Under the pieces are notes generated by a model, which made no database searches, had not been told where the DNA came from, and saw only the letters and a list, made by a program, of their open reading frames with translations. Position numbers and translations under genes: made by a program. Below, piece after piece: positions 19,701 through 30,616 of a stretch of DNA of 64,000 bases. The stretch's first letter is position 1. Every line of letters begins with the position of its first letter. The stretch comes from Ilumatobacteraceae bacterium (GTDB lineage Bacteria > Actinomycetota > Acidimicrobiia > Acidimicrobiales > Ilumatobacteraceae): assembly GCA_022425725.1 (NCBI GenBank), contig JAKMEY010000037.1, forward strand, positions 32,805 to 96,804, in the 5' to 3' direction.

Positions 19701-20489
19701 TCAGCCGATCTCAACCTGAGCGAACCGGACGATTTCGGCCGACCCAATTAGCTGCCGAATCGACTGCTTGTCGTCTTTGGCAAATGGTTGCTCGAGGAGG
19801 CACACATCTTTGAAGAACCCGCCAATGCGGCCTTCAACGATCTTTTCGATCGCTTGCTCTGGCTTACCCTCGTTGCGTGTGATTGTTTCGAGCGTTGATC
19901 GCTCGGTGGCAACCACATCGGCAGGAACATCTTCCCGGTTGAGGTACTGCGGGCGTGCAAACGCAATGTGGACAGCGATGTCATGGGCAAGTTCGTCACT
20001 CGCACCTGCCATCTCAACGAGAACACCGTTGACCCCTCGGCCACCCTGAATGTGCTCGTAGTGTCCAATGGTGTTGCCGTCAGCAGCCACCATGTGTACA
20101 ACGTTGCCAAGTTCGATCTTTTCTTTGAGGAGAATACGAAGCTCCTCGAGTTGAGTCTCACGGCTTGCGACTGCGTCGGCGCCTCCTGCCAGAACTGCCT
20201 TCAGTAATTCGGCGGCCTCGTTGAGGAAGTGCTCGCTACCGGCGACAAAGTCGGTCTCGCACTTCAACTGCACCATCGCAGCGGTCGAGCCTTCAATACC
20301 GAGGGCAACCAAACCCTGGTCGTTTTCTCGGTCGTCACGCTTCGCGCTTGCCGCCAAGCCCTTCTCTCGCAGGTACTGCTTGGCAGCCTCGATATCACCC
20401 GATGATTCTTCGAGTGCTTTCTTGCAGTCCATCATGCCGGCGCCAGTTGATTCGCGCAGCGCCTTCACATCCTGTGCGGTAAATGACAT
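19701..20489 (-). CDS. tsf: Translation elongation factor Ts
   Basis: 262 aa. N-terminal UBA-like VKALRESTGAGMMDCKKALEES followed by the EF-Ts dimerisation domain. Confidence 0.95.
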   Translation of the reverse strand: MSFTAQDVKALRESTGAGMMDCKKALEESSGDIEAAKQYLREKGLAASAKRDDRENDQGLVALGIEGSTAAMVQLKCETDFVAGSEHFLNEAAELLKAVLAGGADAVASRETQLEELRILLKEKIELGNVVHMVAADGNTIGHYEHIQGGRGVNGVLVEMAGASDELAHDIAVHIAFARPQYLNREDVPADVVATERSTLETITRNEGKPEQAIEKIVEGRIGGFFKDVCLLEQPFAKDDKQSIRQLIGSAEIVRFAQVEIG

Positions 20490-20513
20490 CTGTCAGCCTC
20501 TCTTCAGATCGTT

Positions 20514-21443
20514 TCAGGATTCAGCCGAAGCATCAGCGTCTGCGGTCTCTTCGGCAGCTGGTTCGTCGGCAGCTGCTTCTGCTGAATCGGCAGCGACATC
20601 ATCAGCGGCCTTCTTTGCGGCCATCCGTGCCTCTCGCTCGGCCTGAGCGCGAGCGGCGGCGGCGCGAGCCTCAGCCTGTGCCTGAGCAAACGCTGCCTCT
20701 TCTTCAGGGGTGCGCTCTTTCGGCTCTGGTGTAGCAGGAGCTGCCTGCGGGCGGCGCGACGCAATGTATTGACCTTCGAGAACGGCTTCTGCGATCACGT
20801 TCGCGAACAATGCATTGGCGCGAATCGCATCGTCATTTCCAGGAATCGGGAACTGAATGGAATCTGGGTCGACGTTGGTGTCGACAACTGCAACAACAGG
20901 AATTCCGAGTTTGTTTGCCTCGGTGACCGCAATGTGCTCTTTCATCGTGTCGAGAACGAAAATCGCTTCCGGTGCCTTCTTCATCGAACGGAGACCACCG
21001 AGGTTGCGCTGCAACTTGGTGAGTTCGCGGTCAAGAAGCAACGCCTCTTTCTTAATCATGAGATCGAACTCGCCGATTTCTTTCTGGCGCTCAAGTTCAA
21101 GCATCTTGTTGACGCGCAGAGAAATAGTGCCGAAGTTCGTGAGCATTCCGCCGAGCCAACGCTCGTTGACATACGGCATTCCGCAACGATCTGCCGCCTC
21201 ACGAACTGGGTCTTGGGCCTGCTTCTTCGTTCCGACGAAGAGCACGTTGCCGCCGTCGGCCACGAGGTCACGAAGGAAGTTGTAGGCCGTCTCGACGCGA
21301 TTCAACGTTTGGTCGAGATCGATGATGTAAATACCGTTGCGCTCACCGAAGATAAAGCGGCGCATTTTTGGGTTCCAGCGTCGGGTCTGGTGGCCGAAGT
21401 GCGCACCTGCCTCAATCATCTGACGCATGCTGATGAGAGCCAT
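20514..21443 (-). CDS. rpsB: 30S ribosomal protein S2 (with Ala/Glu-rich C-terminal tail)
   Basis: 309 aa. [35 protein letters not shown] is the S2 signature. The tail is [16 protein letters not shown]... Confidence 0.97.
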   Translation of the reverse strand: MALISMRQMIEAGAHFGHQTRRWNPKMRRFIFGERNGIYIIDLDQTLNRVETAYNFLRDLVADGGNVLFVGTKKQAQDPVREAADRCGMPYVNERWLGGMLTNFGTISLRVNKMLELERQKEIGEFDLMIKKEALLLDRELTKLQRNLGGLRSMKKAPEAIFVLDTMKEHIAVTEANKLGIPVVAVVDTNVDPDSIQFPIPGNDDAIRANALFANVIAEAVLEGQYIASRRPQAAPATPEPKERTPEEEAAFAQAQAEARAAAARAQAEREARMAAKKAADDVAADSAEAAADEPAAEETADADASAES

Positions 21444-21574
21444 GAAAGTCTCCTATGTGGGTTGCGGTTAGGTTCACGTCAGGGCGCCGAAACGACCGCA
21501 AATGACGGGAACATGTCGTATCTCGAGTGACCCGAATGCTCGGGTGCTGACCGGTTGGTAAGCCGTCCGACACG

Positions 21575-22234
21575 CTATCGGCGAGTGGCCGAAATATCAC
21601 CGGGCTCATCAGGCGAACACGACGCCCTTGGCCTCGTCGCCCGACCAGGTGCGTCGAGGGGGACGAGACGAGCCCGGCCACGCCCCGCCCGCATCCATAA
21701 CTCAGGATCAATGTAGGTTCCCCCAGATCGAACACCGAGGTGAATTGACCCGGTGGCAACGCCGATGAATTCACCTGCAGCAATATTCGACCCGCGTAGA
21801 CGACGGCGATCAATCTCAATTCCACCAACGGTGACAAGAAGAGAAGTTGAACCGCCGTCGACGATGACGGTGAGATAGCCCGTGAGGCCGACAGAGCCGT
21901 GAAACCACACCGTTCCACTCACCACAGAGCGAACATCGTCACCCAACTGGGCAGCAAATTCAAGGCCGCGATTTCCTGAGCACCAATGACACGGTGGCGG
22001 CCGAAACGGATCAATGATCGGCCTGTTGACGGGAGGGCGCCAGCAGCCGAACCTTCCACTCTCAACGGCGCCAGTCAGGGCAGGCTGATCAATGGATTCC
22101 TCGGCAGAACCCCAAGCCATTTGTCCTTCGGCGTCAGGTTGAAGCCGACCGAACTCTCGAGCTTGCTGGTTGCTGGAAGCCGGAATTATGGTGCCCGCTA
22201 ACACCGAAATGACCACAGCGACACGAGCGATCAC
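21575..22234 (-). CDS. LytM/M23-domain protein with apparently degenerate metal-binding motifs (start uncertain)
   Basis: The C-terminal region aligns by eye to Peptidase_M23 (...GNRGLEFAA..G..V.SVVSGTV..., GEFIGVATGSIHLGVRSGGTYIDPE). An N-terminal hydrophobic segment VIARVAVVISVLAG is present. Start is placed at the GTG at 22234 because the ATG at 22339 would overlap whiG by 86 nt. Confidence 0.7.
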   Translation of the reverse strand: MIARVAVVISVLAGTIIPASSNQQAREFGRLQPDAEGQMAWGSAEESIDQPALTGAVESGRFGCWRPPVNRPIIDPFRPPPCHWCSGNRGLEFAAQLGDDVRSVVSGTVWFHGSVGLTGYLTVIVDGGSTSLLVTVGGIEIDRRRLRGSNIAAGEFIGVATGSIHLGVRSGGTYIDPELWMRAGRGRARLVPLDAPGRATRPRASCSPDEPGDISATRR

Positions 22235-22253
22235 TGTTGGCGAATCCGACGCG

Positions 22254-23051
22254 CTACAGGTGCCCGGCTGCCCGCATTCGAGAACGAAGTCGCAACACCG
22301 ACTGGGCATGCAGTTGCGATACACGAGACTCGGTGACATCGAGAATCTCCGCGATGTCGGCGAGCGTCAAGTTCTCGTCGTAATACAGAGAGAGAACGAG
22401 GCGTTCCCGCTCTGGGAGTTCGCGCATCACCTGCCGAATAATGGAGCGAAGCTCTTCGGCTTCGACTGCCACTACCGGGGTATGTGACCCGTCGAGCTCG
22501 TCTGCCTCGGGTTCGAAACCCATCGAAATCGCTCTGTCGAGCGTGCCGACCGTGGTTGTTGCAACTTCGGATAGCCACGCCGCAAGCTCGTCGATCGAAA
22601 TTTCGAGGTGTGCAGCGAGCTCGTGTTCGCTCGGAGAACGGCCGAGTTCTCGCTCGAGCTCTGTTAGCGCCTGTTCGATGCGGCGACCTCTGGTGCGGAC
22701 CGTTCTCGGAACCCAGTCGAGTTCGCGAAGACCGTCGTAAATCGCGCCTCGAATTCGAGGCGCTGCATATGTCTCGAATTTGACCCCATGAGAGGGGTCG
22801 AACTTTTCGATCGCATCGATCAATCCGAACACCCCGTAGCCGACCAAGTCGGCTGGGTCGACTGAACGAGGAAGGCCTGAACCAACACGACCAGCGACGA
22901 ATTTGACCAGCGGTGAGTAGTGCACGATGAGATGATCTCGTGCCGACGACGCCCGCCTGCGATTCCAGCGATTCCATTGCTCGGCAAGCTCGGTGGCAGC
23001 GTCGACGAGACCTGGGCGCTGTCCGGCCGGGGGTGGAGGCGGAGGTGTCAT
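22254..23051 (-). CDS. whiG: RNA polymerase sigma factor, FliA/WhiG (sigma-28) family
   Basis: 265 aa. Region 2 is LVKFVAGRV...[38 protein letters not shown]. Region 4 is [29 protein letters not shown]. The ATG overlaps the xerC stop (ATGA). Confidence 0.85.
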   Translation of the reverse strand: MTPPPPPPAGQRPGLVDAATELAEQWNRWNRRRASSARDHLIVHYSPLVKFVAGRVGSGLPRSVDPADLVGYGVFGLIDAIEKFDPSHGVKFETYAAPRIRGAIYDGLRELDWVPRTVRTRGRRIEQALTELERELGRSPSEHELAAHLEISIDELAAWLSEVATTTVGTLDRAISMGFEPEADELDGSHTPVVAVEAEELRSIIRQVMRELPERERLVLSLYYDENLTLADIAEILDVTESRVSQLHAQSVLRLRSRMRAAGHL

Positions 23052-23953
23052 GCTCGTGGGTGCGATTGACGATACGCCGCGGTAAGCCGCTCTTTACTGA
23101 CGTGCGTGTACCGCTGGGTGGTCGCAACATCAGCATGCCCAAGAAGCTCTTGAACGGCCCGGAGGTCGGCGCCGCCATCGAGAAGATGGGTAGCAAAGGT
23201 GTGACGGAGCGCGTGCGGATGGGTTGGCGTTGCACTTCGGCGATCAAGAATGCGTCGAACATCACGCGACGTCAGCCGTCGGCCACGTTCGTTGGTGAAC
23301 AGCGCGTCACCGGCCTCGGAAGGAGCTGCTTCGTGTCGAATCTCACACCATGCTGCAACGGCATCGCAGGCGGGCTCGCCAATCGGAACTCGCCGCTCTT
23401 TCGAACCTTTTCCCCATACGCGCAACGCCTGATGATCGAGGTCGAGTGATGACCGATCGAGTGAACAGAGTTCGGCAACACGCAAACCGGATCCGTAGAG
23501 CAACTCGAGCACCGCGTCATCTCGCCGACGACGCCAAAGCGGTTCATCAGGGTCAACGGCGGGTTCAAGAAGATGCTCGAGATCACGCCGATCGAGCACT
23601 CTCGGCAGACGACCAGATCCACCGCTGACATGTACCCCAAGGGTTGGGTCGGTGTCGGCAACATCATGACGAAGTGCCCACCTGAAATACCGCCGAATCG
23701 ATGCGACCTTTCTCGCAATGCTTCGTTGCGCGTACTGCCGGGTCGAGAGGTGAGCGACGTAACGACGGACGTTCGTACGATTGACCGAGGAGGGACCGTT
23801 GATGTTCATCCGTGCGATGAATTCGGCAAACATTCGAAGATCGGTTCGGTACGCCTCGAGGGTTCGTTCTGACAGCGAAGTCAATGACGCAACAAACCGG
23901 TCGATCTGCCACAGATCGACCGGGTTCGACTCGGTCGTTGGATCGGTGTCCAC
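23048..23953 (-). CDS. xerC: Tyrosine recombinase XerC
   Basis: 301 aa. N-terminal SAM-like core-binding domain and C-terminal catalytic R...[12 protein letters not shown]...GH....TQRYTHV with the catalytic Tyr. GTG start. Confidence 0.9.
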   Translation of the reverse strand: MDTDPTTESNPVDLWQIDRFVASLTSLSERTLEAYRTDLRMFAEFIARMNINGPSSVNRTNVRRYVAHLSTRQYAQRSIARKVASIRRYFRWALRHDVADTDPTLGVHVSGGSGRLPRVLDRRDLEHLLEPAVDPDEPLWRRRRDDAVLELLYGSGLRVAELCSLDRSSLDLDHQALRVWGKGSKERRVPIGEPACDAVAAWCEIRHEAAPSEAGDALFTNERGRRLTSRDVRRILDRRSATPTHPHALRHTFATHLLDGGADLRAVQELLGHADVATTQRYTHVSKERLTAAYRQSHPRA

Positions 23954-23974
23954 GTAGTCGAGGGTATTCGCTCA

Positions 23975-25096
23975 TCAGGGCTCTTCGCCGGACACCAACA
24001 TCGAACCCGCCAGTTCAAACCATCCGTTGGTCTCGGAGATGATCTTTCGCTGAACAAGCTCACTCATCACAATGACGGTTTCCCCGATCGGCATCGACAG
24101 TCGATCAACAATCTGACCAAGCGTCAACGCCTCGCCTTTCAGCAGGTGCACAATCTCGATCGAAGTCTCGTGAAGGCCAGCTACTGGACTCGTTTGTTGA
24201 ACACTTATATGCGTGATGCCAAGGACCTGAATCACATCGTCAACGCACGTCACCGGCGTTGCCCCATCTCGAATTAGTGCATTTGTTCCACGTGATGTTG
24301 CCACCCGCGGACTTCCTGGAACCGCCATCACTTCTCGACCACGGTCAAGTGCCTCGCGCGCCGTGATGAGACTTCCGCCGGTCGAATCGCTCTCGACCAC
24401 GATGAGAAGTTCGGCGAGGGCTGCGATGAGACGATTCCGCATCGGAAAGCGATAGGGGGCTGGGGAAATTCCTGGAGGCCACTCGCTAAGAACAAGATGG
24501 TGCTCGCACATTTCATCGAATAGTTCTTGATGCCGAGTCGGATAACACCGGTCGAGCCCACACCCAACGACCGCAACCGTTGAACCTTGTGACATGGCCC
24601 CTCGGTGAGCGGCTGTGTCGATACCGAGCGCAAGCCCCGACACCACGATGACTCCAGCCGCGCTCAACTGCTCTGCAAGTTCGGTTGCGGTTGCTCGACC
24701 CGCCGCCGTTGCCCTTCGGGTACCGACGATTGCGACCATCCGTTGTGTGAGCAGAGATTGGTCACCTCGTAGAAAGATGGCAGGCGGGCGGCTCTCATCA
24801 TCGCGGAGGCGATCTGGTGTATCTGCAGAGTGAGTCGCCAGCACTCGAATCGAGAGTTGAGTGAGCGTCGCTCGAAGCTTGTCGACGTCAAAAGCAGTTG
24901 CCTCCCTTGCCGCATCTTCGTGCTGACCGGGGACGATCATGCTGAGGTTCATGGAAGACCCAGATGAGATGTCAGCCCACAGAGTGCACGGGTCGACTTT
25001 CGCGAGCGCAAGTCGAAGTTGTCGCGGAGTCAGCGCCGTTAGCGACGAAAGGGCGGCGAGCGCAACCTCGGCGTCGGTGAGCACATGCGACGTCAT
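23975..25096 (-). CDS. dprA: DNA processing protein DprA (Smf)
   Basis: 373 aa. VAIVGTRRAT..G...A..LA..L...G..VVSGLA.GID..AH.GA is the Rossmann-like DprA core, with a C-terminal winged-helix-like tail. The ATG overlaps the stop of the upstream gene. Confidence 0.9.
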   Translation of the reverse strand: MTSHVLTDAEVALAALSSLTALTPRQLRLALAKVDPCTLWADISSGSSMNLSMIVPGQHEDAAREATAFDVDKLRATLTQLSIRVLATHSADTPDRLRDDESRPPAIFLRGDQSLLTQRMVAIVGTRRATAAGRATATELAEQLSAAGVIVVSGLALGIDTAAHRGAMSQGSTVAVVGCGLDRCYPTRHQELFDEMCEHHLVLSEWPPGISPAPYRFPMRNRLIAALAELLIVVESDSTGGSLITAREALDRGREVMAVPGSPRVATSRGTNALIRDGATPVTCVDDVIQVLGITHISVQQTSPVAGLHETSIEIVHLLKGEALTLGQIVDRLSMPIGETVIVMSELVQRKIISETNGWFELAGSMLVSGEEP

Positions 25097-26604
25097 TCTC
25101 GATCAGCCCCGACTGCGACTCGCAGCGACAACGCAGTAGCAACGTGTTCTTCCTGAATCACCTCTTGAGGAGCCGTCTCTAAGTCAGCGATCGTGCGTGC
25201 TGTCCTTCGAACTCGGTGAAGACCTCGCCCGGTGAGACGACCCGCGTCGAGTTCACTTCGAAGTCGATCGATCGCTGCTGAACTGAGGGGTGCAAGAGCA
25301 TCGATCTCTGCCTGAGGAATGTCTGCATTTGTACCCCCTGAGCGCTCGAATGCTCGGTGACGAGCAACCTGAACACGCTGAGCCACCTCGGCGCTCGACT
25401 CTGACGGCTCGGTCGCCATGAGGTCACCGACCTCGGGGCGCTCAACCGCAACGCGCAAATCGAACCGATCGAGAATCGGCCCCGATAGGCGGCCGAGGTA
25501 CCGACGTCTCGAGCGCTCGTCACATCGGCACATGCCAGGTCGGAGCCCTTCTCCGCATGGACATGGGTTTGTCGCACCGATGAGTTGAAATCTGGCTGGC
25601 AGCGTGAGGTGGTGTTGTGTTCGGCTGATCGAGATTGTTCCGGTTTCGAGGGCCTCGCGTAAGCAATCGATAACAGCCGGAGCGAACTGCCCCATCTCAT
25701 CGAGGAACAGCACTCCACCATGAGAAATGCTGATTTCACCCGGGCGTAGATAATGAGCACCCCCACCAACGAGAGCAGGAGCTGTCGATGTGTGATGCGG
25801 AGATCTAAACGGTGGTCGGCGCAGCAGCCCGCCCGAGGGCAACGAAACTCCCGCAGCCGACTGCACCATCGTGACTTCCAACGCAAGCTCAGGGGGAAGA
25901 TCAGGAAGTAACCGAGGGAGGCGTTCGGCGAGCATCGTTTTGCCCGAGCCTGGAGACCCGATCAAAAGCAAATGATGGCCACCAGCAGCCGCTACCTCTA
26001 GGGCATAGCGGGCGACCTGTTGACCTTTCACATCTGCAAGGTCTGGTCCACCATCGTCTTCAAGACTCTGGGTGTGAGGTGGCGGATCGCTACTCCACTC
26101 ACCGATACCAGCGAGGGCATCGACAAGGGTGCGTAACGACGGAGCTGACCGGACGTGGCCGGTGGTCACGAGTCGAGCCTCGCTTACGCCACCTTCGGGA
26201 ACAATCCAATCGGCATCTGGATGCACACCAACCATTGGTGCAGTGCCTGGTATCGGGCGAATCGAGCCGTCTAATCCAAGTTCGCCAAGAGCACATGTTG
26301 TGGCAAGGGCTTCGGCCGGTAGCTGCTGAGTAGCGAGCAACACGCCGAGTGCGATCGGAAGATCGAGCCCAGACCCCGTCTTGCGATGATGCGGTGGTGC
26401 AAGATTGACCGTGATCTTCTGGTCGGGCCAATTGAGACCGGAACTCAGCACTGCCGCCCGCACTCGATCACGAGCTTCACGGCACGCCTCATCGGGAAGC
26501 CCCAACATCGAAAAGCCTGGCAGGCCTCGACCCACGTGAACCTCGACTTGAACCGAGAAGCCACGTGCACCGAGGATGGTTGCCGACGACACGGATGCAA
26601 TCAC
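25093..26604 (-). CDS. comM: Mg-chelatase-like AAA+ ATPase, YifB/ComM family
   Basis: 503 aa. N-terminal Lon-protease-like ChlI domain (GLPGFSMLGLPD...RVR.A), Walker A GSPGSGKT and the FLDE Walker B context. Confidence 0.9.
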   Translation of the reverse strand: MIASVSSATILGARGFSVQVEVHVGRGLPGFSMLGLPDEACREARDRVRAAVLSSGLNWPDQKITVNLAPPHHRKTGSGLDLPIALGVLLATQQLPAEALATTCALGELGLDGSIRPIPGTAPMVGVHPDADWIVPEGGVSEARLVTTGHVRSAPSLRTLVDALAGIGEWSSDPPPHTQSLEDDGGPDLADVKGQQVARYALEVAAAGGHHLLLIGSPGSGKTMLAERLPRLLPDLPPELALEVTMVQSAAGVSLPSGGLLRRPPFRSPHHTSTAPALVGGGAHYLRPGEISISHGGVLFLDEMGQFAPAVIDCLREALETGTISISRTQHHLTLPARFQLIGATNPCPCGEGLRPGMCRCDERSRRRYLGRLSGPILDRFDLRVAVERPEVGDLMATEPSESSAEVAQRVQVARHRAFERSGGTNADIPQAEIDALAPLSSAAIDRLRSELDAGRLTGRGLHRVRRTARTIADLETAPQEVIQEEHVATALSLRVAVGADRE

Positions 26605-26692
26605 AGGAAGAGTCCTTCGCAGATGTGCGGAATGGGGTGCATCACCCGATGGGTGGCGACAATCTAGGGAGCCGTTGTGTCACACTCGTTTT

Positions 26693-27148
26693 GTGCAGAG
26701 GAAACGTCTTGGTTCGATTGCAACCGTCGTTGGATTCGCAGTGACAACTCTTTCTGCCTGTGGAGAGGCGACACCCGTTCCTGATGCGGCTGCCTTCTGC
26801 GAGGAACTTCGAAGCAACCGGTCAGCAATCGTTGCCGCAACGATTAACAGCGATCTCGAACTCACCGCAACCCTTGAGCTCTACCGACGCTTACAGACGC
26901 TTGCGCCGTTGGCTGTTGCTCAAGAGTGGTCGAACGTGCTCCAAGCAATCGAGACTGCGAATAACGTCGTTCCTGGCGACCCGGACAGCATCCAACGTGT
27001 TGCCGCAGCGGCCTACCAAAGTGAATCTTCTGCACTCACGATCCGTGAGTGGGCGATGGCATCATGCGACGTCGACCTCGGGCCTGTGACGACTTTGGTA
27101 CCGCATGATGCTCCTGAGCCTGCAACGCCGGTCGGCGCAGCAGACTAA
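26693..27148 (+). CDS. Small predicted lipoprotein, function unknown (start uncertain)
   Basis: ORF 26576..27148. The GTG at 26693 gives VQRKRLGSIATVVGFAVTTLSAC..., a signal peptide with the lipobox LSAC. The remainder is predicted helical, with a second Cys near the C-terminus. Confidence 0.5.
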   Translation: MQRKRLGSIATVVGFAVTTLSACGEATPVPDAAAFCEELRSNRSAIVAATINSDLELTATLELYRRLQTLAPLAVAQEWSNVLQAIETANNVVPGDPDSIQRVAAAAYQSESSALTIREWAMASCDVDLGPVTTLVPHDAPEPATPVGAAD

Positions 27149-27151
27149 ACG

Positions 27152-27754
27152 TCAGACGATTTCACCTCGCCGCAGGATCACGTTGTCGCAAAGACCATAT
27201 TCTTTGGCCTGCTCAGCGGTAAACCAACGGTCGCGTTCGGAGTCTTCTTGAATCTGCTCAAGAGGTTGCCCTGAATGCTCTGCAATGAGTTGAGCCATAC
27301 GTAGCTTGGTGTAGGCAAGCTGCTCAGCCTGAATCGCAATATCGGCCGCCTGACCACGAAGACCCGCCAATGGCTGATGCATCATGATGCGAGCATTCGG
27401 AAGGCAGTAACGCTTACCAGCGGCTCCCGCCGTCAGCAAGAACTGGCCCATCGAGGCGGCGAGGCCGAGGCAGACAGTTGCCACATCACAAGAAACGAAC
27501 TGCATCGTGTCGTAAATTGCCATACCTGCAGTGACCGATCCGCCGGGCGAATTGACGTACAACCAAATATCACTGTTTGGATCTTCGCCTTCGAGATACA
27601 GCAATTGTGCGCAGAGCTGATTCGCAATCTCATCGTTCACGTCAGAACCGAGCAGAACAACACGGTTCTTCAGCAGTCGGTTAAACACATCACTTCGAGG
27701 GTCGATGCCGCCCTCTAGTGCGGATGGGCTTGGATGAACGTTGTCGCCGAACAT
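27152..27754 (-). CDS. clpP: ATP-dependent Clp protease proteolytic subunit (solitary copy)
   Basis: 200 aa. [18 protein letters not shown], the catalytic Ser in GLAASMG, His in MMHQP and Asp in DSERDRWF are all present. No clpX, tig or second clpP is adjacent. Confidence 0.93.
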   Translation of the reverse strand: MFGDNVHPSPSALEGGIDPRSDVFNRLLKNRVVLLGSDVNDEIANQLCAQLLYLEGEDPNSDIWLYVNSPGGSVTAGMAIYDTMQFVSCDVATVCLGLAASMGQFLLTAGAAGKRYCLPNARIMMHQPLAGLRGQAADIAIQAEQLAYTKLRMAQLIAEHSGQPLEQIQEDSERDRWFTAEQAKEYGLCDNVILRRGEIV

Positions 27755-27786
27755 GGGGCTAAGGCTACCCCCACTTGCGCTCAGGC

Positions 27787-29007
27787 TCAGCGTGCAGCTC
27801 CGGAAAGCAGCACAACAATTGGCCGATCATCAAGCGTGCCGGCGGCGCTCTCACCAAGGGCTCCAGCTACGCCGGCGGTTCCTGTCGCCGAAGTCGGAGG
27901 TCCTGATGTATTGACCAGCTCGTGAGCGTGGACAATCTCTGATTCAGTAGCGACGACAGATCGGCCTGAAGATCTCTCGATGGCACGCCCAATGCTGATC
28001 CAGTCATACGTTTCATCGTCGAGAATTCCGTCGGCCAACGAGTGAGGTGACTCCCACGGCTGCATGAGTTCAGCCCAATGGAGTTCCGGAGCATCAACTC
28101 CAGACGCCGCTTGCAACGCCCGATGGAGGGGTGCACAGCCCTCGGCTTGCACAACGACCAGTGGGACATCATCGCCGAGACCGAGCGCAAGCGATGTTGC
28201 GAGGGCACCACCTCCGACCTGAACAAACACCGCCTGCGGGGCGACCTCAACGTCGTTCAACTGGTCGTGAAGCTCCCAGCCAATGGTTCGACCACCATCG
28301 AGGCACCACCCATTTGCCGGACCCTGAACGCTGAAGGGGATTGCCCCCTGCGACACTGCCTCTCTAAACGCGCTCATGGCGGGATCGCCTGCGGCGCCGG
28401 TGATTCGTTCACAACGATTGACCTCAGCGCCAAGGACATCAAGACCACTACCGAACGCGTCGTCCATCCATGTCGGAACGAACACTCGCAACGGCCATTC
28501 TTGCGAACTCGCAACCGTTGCGGCAGCGAGCGCCGCATTCCCACACGACGAAATCGCAAGCGGTGGACGCTCGGTCAGCATGCCGAGTTGCTCAGCAGCG
28601 ATGAGGTGCAACATAATGCCAACGAGATGGCGAGATTTATGAGATCCGCTTACTCCGACCGTCTCATTTTTCGCCCACACGGAACGACCAATGACGTCGC
28701 TCAGCCCATCGTGCGGTTGAAGAGGGGTGACGCTGAATTGCCCTGCGACCGACCGAGCAAGACCAACGGTCTCATCATCGGACATGCCGTTCGCCCGGGC
28801 GAATGCCCACCACCCCATTCGTTCGCGATAGCGAACAAAGGGATTGCTCTCCCCACGATCGATTTCAATCGTTGGTGCTGCCCCATCGTCAACAAATTCG
28901 AGCACATGAAATGGATCGGCCTCTGTTGCTCGAGGGCATGTCCACGACAATGGGCGTGAGATTTTGATCTCTTCCCCGCACACCACGCATCGAAGACCGA
29001 CCACCAT
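27787..29007 (-). CDS. Threonine-synthase-like fold-type-II PLP enzyme with N-terminal zinc-ribbon-like segment
   Basis: 406 aa. N-terminus LRCVVCGEE...TCP. Candidate PLP lysine in [10 protein letters not shown], then [11 protein letters not shown] and the Gly-rich loop VQVGGGALA. The overall layout is ThrC/TrpB-like. Confidence 0.7.
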   Translation of the reverse strand: MVVGLRCVVCGEEIKISRPLSWTCPRATEADPFHVLEFVDDGAAPTIEIDRGESNPFVRYRERMGWWAFARANGMSDDETVGLARSVAGQFSVTPLQPHDGLSDVIGRSVWAKNETVGVSGSHKSRHLVGIMLHLIAAEQLGMLTERPPLAISSCGNAALAAATVASSQEWPLRVFVPTWMDDAFGSGLDVLGAEVNRCERITGAAGDPAMSAFREAVSQGAIPFSVQGPANGWCLDGGRTIGWELHDQLNDVEVAPQAVFVQVGGGALATSLALGLGDDVPLVVVQAEGCAPLHRALQAASGVDAPELHWAELMQPWESPHSLADGILDDETYDWISIGRAIERSSGRSVVATESEIVHAHELVNTSGPPTSATGTAGVAGALGESAAGTLDDRPIVVLLSGAAR

Positions 29008-29016
29008 GATCGCTGA

Positions 29017-30582
29017 TTACGCAGATGCGACGCGTTCGTTGAACTCAGAGATCATCGAGTCCCACACGCCGACATATCGGCGAAGGTTCCGCCAGAACGA
29101 CTGGTGACGACGCTCTTCGAAGAGTTCAAACGGCGTTCCTTGTTGCTCAACCCAGGTGTAGTAACCCAAGTTGAAGACTCGACGACGATCAGCCTCGGTC
29201 ATTTCAATCATGTGTTCGGTTGAGACATTGGCGAGATGCTCTCCGTAAATGGCAGCGGCATCAGCCTCAGATAGCTCCCCGCCAAATCTTGTTGCCAGCG
29301 TTTTCGCCCGCTCACTTGGGTAGAGCGCCCCGCCATCTGTCGCCACCGTGATGAGCGCATCGTTCTCGCCAAGGTCAAGCATGCGAGCGGTCTTGATCGC
29401 AGCCAGCGTGTTGCAAATCGCTGAGAAACCAAAGTGAGAGAGAGCATCGATAGTTGCTTCGTCAATGCCATGTCGATCAGCCAACAGCCGACGTCCTGCG
29501 TCGGTGTTGAACAGCACATCAAGATCATCGGTTGAACGATCGCTGATCGCCACCACCAGGTCGGAGTTCATAACGTTGTGAATGAGCGGAATGTGTTTGT
29601 CACCAATTCCCTGAATGTTGTGCTCGCCGTAACCGTTCTCAAGCATTGTTGGGCACTCAAGCGCCTCCACCGCAACGATTTTTGTTCCGTATTCATCCTT
29701 GAGACGATCACCAGCTGCAATGGTGCCTGCAGACCCTGTCGCTGAGGTGAACGCTGCAAGGTTGAGGTCACGCCCGCTGCTCTGTTGCACGTGCTCAAAG
29801 ACATGAGCAAGCGCTCGGCCGGTAACGGTGTAATGGCCGAGGTGATTTCCAAACTCTGAGAACTGGTTGAGGACGAAATTCTCAGGGTCGAGGGAGAGTT
29901 CGTTGCAGGCGTCGTAAATCTCTTTGACATTCGATTCGGTTCCATGGGTGCGAATGACATCCTCTGCCGGGTTCTCACACCATTTATCGAGCCAGTCAAA
30001 ACGCTCCTGGCTCATGCCCTCAGGAAGAATCGCGACACCGCGGCTCGCCATGATCCGGCTAATTGCAATGCCCCCTCGGGCGTAGTTGCCCGTCGATGGC
30101 CAGATCGCCCGGTGACGGGTCGGGTCGAATTGACCGGTGACGACACGTGGCGCAAGACATGAGTACGCAGCGAGCACCTTGTGAGCGGTAATCATCGGGA
30201 AACGATCGCCGAAGACAACGATGATCGGGCTCTCAACTCCGGTGAGTTCTTTAGTCAACACCACATGATTAGGCACCGACACCCGGTTTCCCGCAAGGTC
30301 GTTATACCAGTGCACCCGCCACAGGTTTCGGGGGTCCGCGCCCTGCGGATCAGCATCACCAACGAGGCCCTCGTCAACGGTGGACGGGTCAGCCAACTGT
30401 GCGAACGTTGGCAACACAATGCCTCGTTCTGCAAAACGGCGAACCGAATTTTCAAGCGCTGCCTCATCGACCAGTCGATCAGCAAGCCCGAATTGATTCT
30501 CCAGTGCGTTAGTGATGTCGGTATCTACAGCGGTCACCTCGACAGTCTTACACCGATCACCACCCGTCGTCACCTTGCCCAC
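29017..30582 (-). CDS. Cysteine-synthase/CBS-like fold-type-II PLP enzyme with N- and C-terminal extensions
   Basis: 521 aa. Candidate PLP lysine in [13 protein letters not shown], Asn loop [10 protein letters not shown], phosphate loop SATGSAGT and [14 protein letters not shown] (compare OASS HKIQGIG). About 110 aa N-terminal and 80 aa C-terminal have no similarity I recognise. The start could be a downstream GTG at 30534. Confidence 0.7.
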   Translation of the reverse strand: MGKVTTGGDRCKTVEVTAVDTDITNALENQFGLADRLVDEAALENSVRRFAERGIVLPTFAQLADPSTVDEGLVGDADPQGADPRNLWRVHWYNDLAGNRVSVPNHVVLTKELTGVESPIIVVFGDRFPMITAHKVLAAYSCLAPRVVTGQFDPTRHRAIWPSTGNYARGGIAISRIMASRGVAILPEGMSQERFDWLDKWCENPAEDVIRTHGTESNVKEIYDACNELSLDPENFVLNQFSEFGNHLGHYTVTGRALAHVFEHVQQSSGRDLNLAAFTSATGSAGTIAAGDRLKDEYGTKIVAVEALECPTMLENGYGEHNIQGIGDKHIPLIHNVMNSDLVVAISDRSTDDLDVLFNTDAGRRLLADRHGIDEATIDALSHFGFSAICNTLAAIKTARMLDLGENDALITVATDGGALYPSERAKTLATRFGGELSEADAAAIYGEHLANVSTEHMIEMTEADRRRVFNLGYYTWVEQQGTPFELFEERRHQSFWRNLRRYVGVWDSMISEFNERVASA

Positions 30583-30616
30583 AAGAGATCTTGCGGAAAT
30601 GCTCTACCGTTAACGC

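Noticed and set aside
22231-23265. A 344-aa ORF on the minus strand spanning whiG and xerC in a different frame.
   Set aside because: It is extremely Arg/Ser/Pro-rich with no motifs. It fully overlaps two genes that have clear family signatures in other frames. This is a typical GC-rich alternative-frame artefact.
23048-23953. A tyrosine recombinase as a mobile-element integrase.
   Set aside because: It is embedded in the conserved comM-dprA-xerC-whiG arrangement with overlapping stop and start codons. Its length and motifs fit housekeeping XerC.
27152-27754. Solitary clpP as a self-resistance marker of a ClpP-inhibitor biosynthetic cluster.
   Set aside because: No NRPS, PKS or other core biosynthetic genes are nearby, and the catalytic triad and overall sequence look canonical. 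It is kept only as context in the PLP-cluster finding.
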